Positions 9,401 through 16,818 of a stretch of 32,000 bases of DNA are shown here, one piece after another; the stretch's first letter is position 1, and every line of letters starts with the position of its first letter. A model generated the notes under the pieces. The model saw nothing but the letters and a program-made list of their open reading frames with translations, did no database searches and had not been told where the DNA came from. The position numbers and the translations under genes were made by a program. Origin of the DNA: Raphidiopsis brookii D9 (GTDB lineage: Bacteria > Cyanobacteriota > Cyanobacteriia > Cyanobacteriales > Nostocaceae); assembly GCA_000175855.1 (NCBI GenBank), contig ACYB01000035.1, positions 420,001 through 452,000 of the forward strand. Reading direction: 5' to 3'.

Positions 9401-12400
9401 TGTTGCTCAAATAATTGATGAATACATTGGTGAGGATAATCAGTTTGCGTGTTATTCCATTCCACAAGTAGCTGATGTTTTTGCGATGCTGAGAGTAATG
9501 GTAATTTTCCCACCTGTTCATCGGGATTAGTAACAATAGCCTCCACCAAAGTTTGAAAATTATCTACCATCCGGGCAATGGTTGTAGCGTCAAACAAATT
9601 GGCGTTATATTCAAAGGCTCCTATGAGTTCCAAATTTGCTTCTTGCATCGACAGGGTTAAATCAAACGTCGCTCCTGCTGTGGGTCTATTTAATTCAATT
9701 TGGGTTACATTCAAACCTGGTAAGTTGAATTTTTCCTGGGGAGAATTTTGTAATACAAACATTACCTGAAACAGGGGACTCAGATTTTTTTGCCGTTTGG
9801 GTTGTAGAGCTTCAACTAGTATATCAAAAGGTAACTCTTGGTGAACATAACCATCAAGAGAAACCTGTCGCACCTGGGATAATAGTTGTTTAAAGGTGGG
9901 ATTGTTTTCTAAGCGAGTACGTAAAACTAAAGTGTTGACAAAAAAACCAATTAATGACTCGAGTGCTTGACGATTGCGGTTAGTAATAGGGGAGCCAATA
10001 ATAATATCTTCTTGGCCAGTGTAACGATAAAGAAAGGTAACAAAAGCCGCTTGCAGAGTCATAAATAGGGAAGTACCCGACTTCTGACTTAATATTTTCA
10101 GTTTGTTAGTCAGGTGATTACCCAATCTAAACCGGTGGATACTACCGTGAAATGTTTCAATAGTCGAACGGGGGTAATCTGTTGGTAATTCTGTGATTGG
10201 TGGAGCATCTGCTAACTGTTTTTTCCAATAGCTTATCTGGGTATTAATAACATCATTTTGCAACCCTTGACGTTGCCAGTAAGCATAATCTGCATACTGA
10301 ACTGGCAAGTTTGCCAGGGGAGAATTGGCATATAAACTCGACAATTCTTGGAAGAAAATTGCTACTGACCAAGCATCGGAGATTATGTGGTGCATGGTGA
10401 CTAGCAAAATATGGGAATTTGATTCCAGGCGAATCAGTTTTACTCTTAGTAGAGGGGCTTGGCTTAAATCAAAAGCTTCTGTATATTCAGTGGTAATCAA
10501 CCGTTGTAATTCTGCCTCTCTTGCAACTTCTGTTAGGGTTTGTAAATCTACTAATGGTAAGGTAAATGGTAAAGTTTCTGCAATAAATTGCACTGGTTTT
10601 CCTTCTGATATACCAAAAGAAGTACGCAAAGTTTCGTGACGTTGAATAATTGACTGCACTGCTTGTTGAAGTGCCATTAAATTCAGGGAACCAACTAACC
10701 GTAAAGCCCTAGTAATATTGTAAGCTGCATTTGCTCCTTCCATTTGGTCAACAATCCAAAATCTCTGTTGAATCAAAGATAAAGGTGATTCTGCAGTTCG
10801 GGAAACTGGCTGTAAAACTGAGAGGGAATTAGTGGGATGAAAATCATCCCGAAAAGTTGTAACTTTTTCACTTAAACTAGCTATGGTTGGGGCTTCAAAT
10901 AAAATGGTGATGGATAGCTCCAAAGATAGAGCTTCACGCAATCTTGATATAACTAAACTGGCAAGTAGAGAATGTCCCCCCAATTCTAAAAAGTTGTCAT
11001 AAATGCCCACTTTCTCTAGTCCTAAAACTTCTGCCCAAATGTTAGCTATTAGTTCTTCTTGGGGGTTACGGGGTGCAACAAAGTTACCAATTGTAGCAGA
11101 TAGATTTGGTGCGGGTAAATTATTCCTGTCTAACTTTCCGTTGGGTAATACTGGCAGTTTTTCTATCAACACAAAGGCATTAGGAATCATATAATCTGGT
11201 AATTTATGCTCTATAAAATTCCGAATTTCTGCCAAATCTAAGGTTTGAGTGTTAGGCACAATATAGGCAACCAATCGCTGATCTCCCGGTATATCCTCTC
11301 GAAGGCTAATTGCACCTTCTTTAACTGAGGGATGTAGTTTTAATATGGCTTCGATTTCTTCCAGTTCTACGCGCATTCCTCGGATATTTGCCTGAAAGTC
11401 AATCCGACCAAGAATTTCTAAATTACCATCTTGCGAGTGGCGAGCTATATCCCCTGTCTTGAAAAGTTTTTGCTGAGGATTAAAGGGATTATTAATAAAT
11501 TTTTCGGCATTGGCTTGGGCGCGGTTTAAATAACCACGTGCTAACGTACCACCAGCTATATGTAGTTCTCCGGATTCTCCATTTTTCACGGGTTCCAATT
11601 GGGAGTTGAGGACGTAAACCTGCTGCATGTCTTGGAGGGGATTACCAACAGGAACATATCCTTGTTCAGTATCGCAGTTTTCAGGAATGGGATAAAAAGC
11701 ATTACCAATACTTTCCGTTTGACCCAAGATATTAAAAAATTGAGGTGGGGTTTGAAATAGGTTACGTAATTTCTTAATTAGCTGATAAGGTAGTAACTCC
11801 CCGCCAAATATCAGGTATTTTAGCTTTGATTCCCCTATAGCTCTTGTATATTTTTTGTCTAAACTTTCCAAAGCCATAAGTCCATAACGCCACACTGAGG
11901 GCACACCATCACAGATAGTGATTTCTTGTGTTTCAATTAGTTCAAATAACCTAAGAGGATCTCTGGTTTGTTCACGTGTAGCAATAACAATGGCTGCACC
12001 TTGGGATAAGGGTAGGAATAGTTGTCTGACTGAAGCAGTAAATGAGAAAGATGCTATATGCAGGTAAATATCTTGGTTATCAACTGGGATTATGTTAGTT
12101 ATACCCTGAAGATAATTCACAATACTGGCATGGGGCATTTGTACTCCTTTTGGCTTACCAGTAGAGCCAGAAGTATATATTAAGTAGGCCAGATTCTCTG
12201 AGGTAACACTACAGCTGGGACTATCTTGACTTTGTTGCTCAATTTTTTCCCATTCCGCATCTAAACATAAGACTGTGGCCTTGATAACAGGTAGTGCTTC
12301 TAACCACTGACTTTCAGTTAAAACTACCTTTGGACTGGCATCCTCTAGCATAAATGCTAACCTTTCCTGGGGATAAGCAGGGTCCAAAGGAACGTAAGCA

Positions 12401-12645
12401 CCACCCGCTTTGAGGATACCCATAATTCCAATAACTATTTCTATAGAACGTGTTACACAAAGACCTACAAACACCTCTGGTCCGACACCAATTGATTGCA
12501 AATAATGTGCTAGCTGATTGGCTTTACAGTTTAATTCTCCATAGGTCAACTGCTTATTTTCAAAGATTATTGCTACTGCATCAGGCGCTTTTTTTACTTG
12601 CTGCATAAACAGCTCGTTAATAGACTTGTTTTGAGAATATATCAT
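6406..12645 (-). CDS. Bimodular non-ribosomal peptide synthetase, domain order A-T-C-A-T-C (no TE, R or E domain)
   Basis: 2079 aa with an ATG start (cat at 12643-12645). Two sets of adenylation core motifs are present ([16 protein letters not shown] / [16 protein letters not shown], FKTGD / YKTGD, PNGKLDR / PNGKIDR). There are two carrier motifs (LGGHSL, twice) and two condensation His motifs ([20 protein letters not shown]). Confidence 0.93.
   Translation of the reverse strand: [2079 protein letters not shown]
6409..7614 (-). other. Terminal condensation-like domain C2, aa ~1678-2079, shortened and partly degenerate
   Basis: [19 protein letters not shown] and [10 protein letters not shown] (Met1810 codon at 7216-7218) are intact. 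The segment between the His motif and the WQ...LAYW motif is 29 aa versus 52 aa in C1. The C5-equivalent reads [13 protein letters not shown] rather than IGxFVNTxxxR. Confidence 0.7.
7708..7917 (-). other. Carrier (T/PCP) domain 2, aa ~1577-1646
   Basis: [20 protein letters not shown]. The Ser1611 codon is at 7813-7815. Confidence 0.85.
7960..9423 (-). other. NRPS adenylation domain A2 (canonical amino-acid type), aa ~1075-1562
   Basis: [24 protein letters not shown] (Asp present), [32 protein letters not shown] and PNGKIDR. Confidence 0.85.
9511..10794 (-). other. Condensation domain C1, aa ~618-1045
   Basis: C1 is SLIQQRFW, C2 is [9 protein letters not shown], C3 is [10 protein letters not shown] (His752 codon at 10390-10392) and C5 is [13 protein letters not shown]. 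No epimerisation-type motifs are present. Confidence 0.8.
10861..11073 (-). other. Carrier (T/PCP) domain 1, aa ~525-595
   Basis: [20 protein letters not shown]. The phosphopantetheine-attachment Ser559 codon is at 10969-10971. Confidence 0.85.
11116..12618 (-). other. NRPS adenylation domain A1 (starter, non-canonical), aa ~10-510
   Basis: A3 is [16 protein letters not shown]. The A4 region is [12 protein letters not shown], with Thr203 (codon 12037-12039) where Asp235 normally sits. A5 is NILGQTE (11713-11724) instead of NxYGPTE. A7 is FKTGD, A8 is [20 protein letters not shown] and A10 is PNGKLDR. Confidence 0.8.
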
Positions 12646-12877
12646 AACTCTAATACCTTAGCCAAAAAAGGGTATCAAAAAGCAGGGATGACTTACTTAA
12701 CTCTACAAACTAACAGCAGTTTTATTTCTGTACCAAACAAATAGCTCCAGATACCAGTTCCTAAACCCGTGGCTGTAGTAATAATTATTACTCCCACAAG
12801 TAACTCAACCGGGTGGGTTCGATATACAGTCAATGGTGTGATTACTTCAGCAGAGTGGTGCACCTTTAAGATGCAGC

Positions 12878-12953
12878 GTCAAAAATACACTCAATTGGCA
12901 CGAGTAGATAAAGACTTTGCTAAGATTAGCGATAACAGGGAGTTTCAGGAATT
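12878..12953 (+). repeat. Right copy of the 76-bp direct repeat
   Basis: Identical to 4634-4709 except at 3 positions (offsets 25, 64 and 70). The two copies are 8244 bp apart in the same orientation. Confidence 0.9.
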
Positions 12954-12972
12954 GTTAATATACAGTGATTAA
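12878..12972 (+). pseudogene. Orphan 3' fragment of a TPR gene (the tail only, no TPR body)
   Basis: It translates in frame to QKYTQLARVDKDFAKISDNREFQELLIYSD*, against QKYTQLARVDKDFAKISDNRDFQELLK* at the end of the intact gene at 3925-4719. The upstream part of the track ORF 12769-12972 (GTG start) has no TPR signature. Confidence 0.7.
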
Positions 12973-13000
12973 ACCATTATTCCCTCTCCCCTGCTCCCCC

Positions 13001-14722
13001 CTAAGCTGGATAAATCCTCAACCTCCTATTTGGTTCCTCCCCAAAACTATGGGACTTCAATCGATAATGCTCCACTAACTCATGCTGCATCTTACGCACA
13101 TGGGCAGAACGAGGTAACAACTCTACCGGTTGACTCTTGGGAATGACAATTTGTTCAACTGCTAATCTCGCCTCCTCTAAAGCGTCAATTTCATCATCAC
13201 TACCCTCATGTAATAATAGTTGCAACTCACAATCTTCTCCCAAATCCAAATCATCCATATTTAATAATCTTCTCAAACCACGACTAATTTGGGGAATAGC
13301 ACTGGATTTAATTACATGTATGGGTAAATGACGAGACTTCGCTAATTGCCTCAGTTTTGCGTGATTTTTAACATGGGAGCGCAAAGCTAAAATTGCATCT
13401 GCTCCATCAATATCCTTTGTTAAAGCAACAGGTAACTTCAACAACTCAATTACATGTTCCAACTGATGACGACTCACTCCATAGGGATAAACATGCAAAG
13501 GTAAATCTTCCCCATTTGGACCTGCTGATCTAATTTTACCCAAGTTAAAACTGTCACCGTGGTCAAAAGACTCATCCAACAACCGGTCAAATTCACTGGT
13601 TGTTCCCCGTTCCGGAGACAAAGGGGGTAAAGCTACCATCTGACCAGAAGCACGCCAACCATTTACCTGTTTAATTGCTAAAGACTCTTCTTCACTTGCT
13701 AAACCACTTCCATAACCATTCACCACTGTTAATGGTCGAGCAATGGAAACTTTCCCCTGTTCATCCACCGTTCGAGTTTGAGGATTGGGTTGGCGTCCTC
13801 TTAATAAAGTATCAACTGTCTCAGCTACGCTTTCATGTACCACCCAACGCTCCCGCTCCAACATTTCTACAGCAATTTCAAAAGTAGGGGGCGCCTTCCT
13901 TTCCAGTACGGTTTTTTGCGATCTACGTCTTCTAGCTTCGTCATCTCCTAGAGTTACTGCTTGAATACCACCCACCAAATCCGAAAGAGTCGGGTTTTTG
14001 ATTAGGTTCTCAATTTGATTTCCGTGAGCAGTACCCACTAATTGCACCCCTCTTTCCGCAATTGTCCGTGATGCTAGAGCCTCCAACTCCGTACCAATTT
14101 CATCTATAATTATTACCTCTGGCATGTGGTTTTCCACCGCCTCAATCATTACCTGATGTTGTAATTCCGGTCTAGCTACCTGCATTCTTCGAGCGCGACC
14201 AATGGCTGGATGGGCTATGTCACCATCTCCAGCAATTTCATTGGAAGTGTCAATAATAATTACTCTCTTATGCAGATCATCGGCTAATACACGAGCAATT
14301 TCCCGCAAAGCTGTTGTTTTACCAACCCCTGGACGACCTAACATGAGGATTGATTTACCCGTTTCTACTAAATCTCGGATCATCCCAATAGTACCAAACA
14401 CGGCTCGACCTACACGGCAAGTTAAGCCAATAATTTTACCATTGCGATTGCGTATGGCACTGATACGATGTAAAGTTTGCTCAATACCAGCTCGATTATC
14501 TCCGCCAAAATTTCCTACTCGTTGAATACAATCATCTATTTGGGACTGGGTAATGGGGGACTGACTTAAATACTCAGCAGCACCCGGAAACCGAGCTTCT
14601 GGGAGACGCCCTAAATCCAACACCACTTCTACTAAATTATCCCTTTGGGAATGATATTGCAGTTGTTTTTCCAGGTCTTGGGGTAAAATTTCCAGTAACT
14701 TTTGCAGGTCTGTAATCGTCAT
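13001..14722 (-). CDS. Ycf45-like AAA ATPase (SpoIIIAA-type P-loop) with a C-terminal R3H nucleic-acid-binding domain
   Basis: Walker A is GRPGVGKTTALREIARVL and Walker B is VIIIDEIG. The C-terminal R3H-like motif is HELVEHYRLKSHSFGEEPNRRLRIYP. I prefer the start at ATG 14722 (MTITDLQKLLEILP) because the longer ORF to 14812 overlaps the upstream gene. Confidence 0.8.
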   Translation of the reverse strand: MTITDLQKLLEILPQDLEKQLQYHSQRDNLVEVVLDLGRLPEARFPGAAEYLSQSPITQSQIDDCIQRVGNFGGDNRAGIEQTLHRISAIRNRNGKIIGLTCRVGRAVFGTIGMIRDLVETGKSILMLGRPGVGKTTALREIARVLADDLHKRVIIIDTSNEIAGDGDIAHPAIGRARRMQVARPELQHQVMIEAVENHMPEVIIIDEIGTELEALASRTIAERGVQLVGTAHGNQIENLIKNPTLSDLVGGIQAVTLGDDEARRRRSQKTVLERKAPPTFEIAVEMLERERWVVHESVAETVDTLLRGRQPNPQTRTVDEQGKVSIARPLTVVNGYGSGLASEEESLAIKQVNGWRASGQMVALPPLSPERGTTSEFDRLLDESFDHGDSFNLGKIRSAGPNGEDLPLHVYPYGVSRHQLEHVIELLKLPVALTKDIDGADAILALRSHVKNHAKLRQLAKSRHLPIHVIKSSAIPQISRGLRRLLNMDDLDLGEDCELQLLLHEGSDDEIDALEEARLAVEQIVIPKSQPVELLPRSAHVRKMQHELVEHYRLKSHSFGEEPNRRLRIYPA

Positions 14723-14765
14723 GCTTTCTATGGTGGTGACGTTTTTAGAGATAACAAATGAGCTA

Positions 14766-15881
14766 TTAGATATCTGACTGTGATTTGATTTGGGATACCA
14801 GAGAGTTAGCAAGTTTTACTGCTTGCCAAAGCAGATCTGGTTCATCCTCTAGCCGTTGACTTTTTTTTAGACTGGTGTTTACCTCCCAACTTTCTAACTG
14901 GTCAATCACTGGTGACAGCAATACCCTGGCATAGCTTCCATAAGCAACACCTGCAAGTTGACCCGGGGAGTTCTCTAATTTTCCATCCCCTAGCATTCCC
15001 ATGGTCTTTAATTTGGGGACAGTATAATTATTAGTACCGCCTGCCAACTGCACATGTCCCGGTAGGTTTGCTGCTAAAACTTTCTGTCCCAATTTTATCG
15101 CTCTTATGGTAGTACCATCCCCTATATCCCCACTCATAGATCTGCCATCTGTCTGCCAAATTAAAACTTGTGGAAGAGGTACTATCAGATTATAAACTGA
15201 TTTTAAGTAGTCAATTAAACCCTCTCCATCATTGCAGCTGATGGCTAATAACTTTAATTTATTTGCCCAGGGGGCTATTTTAGACCACAGGTTCTCAAAC
15301 TCTGGCAAACGTCCCACTTTTGTATGAATTTCAATGGCATCTATTCCCGTGGACATAATCAAGGGTAGAATTGCTCCTAGAGGTGATAAATGAGAGACCG
15401 TGTCAATTATCCCATAAGGACAAATGGGGACACAACGTCCACACCCGTAACACTTTTCTGCAATAATTCCTGAAGAACTATCTTTGTCAGTTTGACTGTT
15501 AAATACTATAGCCTGAGCAGGACATATTTTCTCACAAGGTTTGGAACAATTATCTGGACAGTCTCTGGGATTGAATTTAGCTTTTCTAAAGTGTGGATCT
15601 TCACCGTCGTTGAGACTAACCATTAATAAGGGTAAGTTTCCTTGCCAGTTAAATCCTTTTGCTTGTGTTTCTTTTACAAGGGTTTTAGCAACTGAGAAAG
15701 CCTGTTTAGCCGCATCAATTACAGCTGGATCAGCAGCAACATCTATACAGTCTGCACCTGCTAGGGTGTAGGCCAAGGTTAAATTCCTAACTGATGGTAA
15801 ATGTTGGAAACTGGCACCACAAATCAGTTTGAACCAGTTACTTTGTCTAAGGGATTGTAAGGGGGCTAATAGTTCGTTCAT
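14766..15881 (-). CDS. ldpA: LdpA-like iron-sulfur protein (two 4Fe-4S-type Cys clusters)
   Basis: The N-terminal WFKLICGASFQHLPSVRNLTLAYTLAGADCIDVAADPAV matches my recollection of cyanobacterial LdpA. The Cys motifs are CPDNCSKPCEKICP and CYGCGRCVPICP (15420-15560). I prefer the start at ATG 15881 (MNELL) because the longer ORF to 15947 overlaps lepB. Confidence 0.6.
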   Translation of the reverse strand: MNELLAPLQSLRQSNWFKLICGASFQHLPSVRNLTLAYTLAGADCIDVAADPAVIDAAKQAFSVAKTLVKETQAKGFNWQGNLPLLMVSLNDGEDPHFRKAKFNPRDCPDNCSKPCEKICPAQAIVFNSQTDKDSSSGIIAEKCYGCGRCVPICPYGIIDTVSHLSPLGAILPLIMSTGIDAIEIHTKVGRLPEFENLWSKIAPWANKLKLLAISCNDGEGLIDYLKSVYNLIVPLPQVLIWQTDGRSMSGDIGDGTTIRAIKLGQKVLAANLPGHVQLAGGTNNYTVPKLKTMGMLGDGKLENSPGQLAGVAYGSYARVLLSPVIDQLESWEVNTSLKKSQRLEDEPDLLWQAVKLANSLVSQIKSQSDI

Positions 15882-15903
15882 TCGATCCAGGGTGGGAAAC
15901 TGG

Positions 15904-16584
15904 TCATTTTTGGGTCGGGTATAGAGGAGGTGAGTCAATGCTACCAATCTTGTTCAAAGGCCAGAAACGAATCACGGCACGTCCAATAATTTTTTCCCTT
16001 GGCACAAGTCCCCAACAACGTCCATCATAACTGCTGGGACGATTATCACCTAAAACTAAATAGGAGTTGGGTGGTATGGTTTGTGGTTGGGACAAAAATG
16101 GACGCTGGGAAGTGGTTGTACACACATCAATACCTGTGCGCACGGTGGGGAATAAATATTTTTCTTCGGGCAGAAATTCATTGTTAATATAAACTTTGCC
16201 ATTTTTTAATTCTACCCTTTCGCCTGGTAGACCAATAATGCGCTTGATGAAGGCATCATGGAATTGTTGCTTTTGTAGTTCATCCGTGGGGGAGAATACA
16301 ACAATATCCCCCCTTTCAGGAGGAGAAAATTTATATTTCACCTTATCCACAATAATCTTATCCGCTTGCCATTGATCTTGTACACCATGGAGCGTGGGTT
16401 CCATTGATCCTGTGGGTATCCACCGGGCTTCAGCCACCAGGGTGCGAACGCCTAAAGCTAATATACCGCTCACCAGTAGGGTTTTACCAACTTCCACAAT
16501 CCAGGAATTATTCTTTTTTTCACCGGAGTTTTGATCGGACACTTGATTTTGCATGAGATTACTAAGTTTAGCATTGGGGACCAT
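15904..16584 (-). CDS. lepB: Signal peptidase I
   Basis: An N-terminal TM helix is followed by IPTGSMEPTL (catalytic Ser box), GDIVVF, KRIIGLPGE (Lys box) and VLGDNRPSSYDGRCWGLVP. Confidence 0.9.
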   Translation of the reverse strand: MVPNAKLSNLMQNQVSDQNSGEKKNNSWIVEVGKTLLVSGILALGVRTLVAEARWIPTGSMEPTLHGVQDQWQADKIIVDKVKYKFSPPERGDIVVFSPTDELQKQQFHDAFIKRIIGLPGERVELKNGKVYINNEFLPEEKYLFPTVRTGIDVCTTTSQRPFLSQPQTIPPNSYLVLGDNRPSSYDGRCWGLVPREKIIGRAVIRFWPLNKIGSIDSPPLYPTQK

Positions 16585-16818
16585 TAACCAGGAACTGGAA
16601 CAGGCCCTAAATCTATTCTGACATAATATTCCCAGTTGTTAATAAGTAGACTTTAGTCATAAAGTTTACTCTGTATATGATAAAATCTAAGTATAGCCCT
16701 AGCTGAAAGGCCATATATACAAATCTATATAAAAATATCAACTTACCTGCCCATTTTCTGCTAGGATGAACTAGGTTAAATTACTGTAATCAAATTTGTT
16801 TTATATATTAATACTAAC

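Noticed and set aside
7780-11040. The DNA-level similarity between the two T-domain regions of the NRPS (~80% over ~65 bp around the GGHSL codons) might be reported as a separate repeat feature.
   Set aside because: This is the normal level of inter-module similarity in NRPS genes. It is explained by shared domain ancestry and is not an independent element.
8114-11194. Six plus-strand ORFs of 62-104 aa (8114-8308, 8352-8540, 8714-8905, 9578-9769, 10325-10639, 11003-11194) lie antisense to the NRPS.
   Set aside because: All are fully embedded antisense to a CDS with continuous, unmistakable NRPS motifs. Their translations are low-complexity with no recognisable domain, so they are typical shadow ORFs of a long AT-rich gene.
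12769-12877. The N-terminal two thirds of the 67-aa ORF 12769-12972 could be taken as a genuine small gene upstream of the NRPS.
   Set aside because: It has a GTG start and no RBS, and only its last ~26 codons resemble anything (the TPR gene tail). It is best explained as a chance open frame running into the duplicated gene fragment.
4710-12877. An integrase, transposase or IS-end might be expected inside the NRPS/MFS cassette.
   Set aside because: No ORF other than the NRPS, the MFS and obvious shadow frames exists in the interval. No recombinase motifs appear in any listed translation. The mobility mechanism therefore remains unsupported by sequence in this window.
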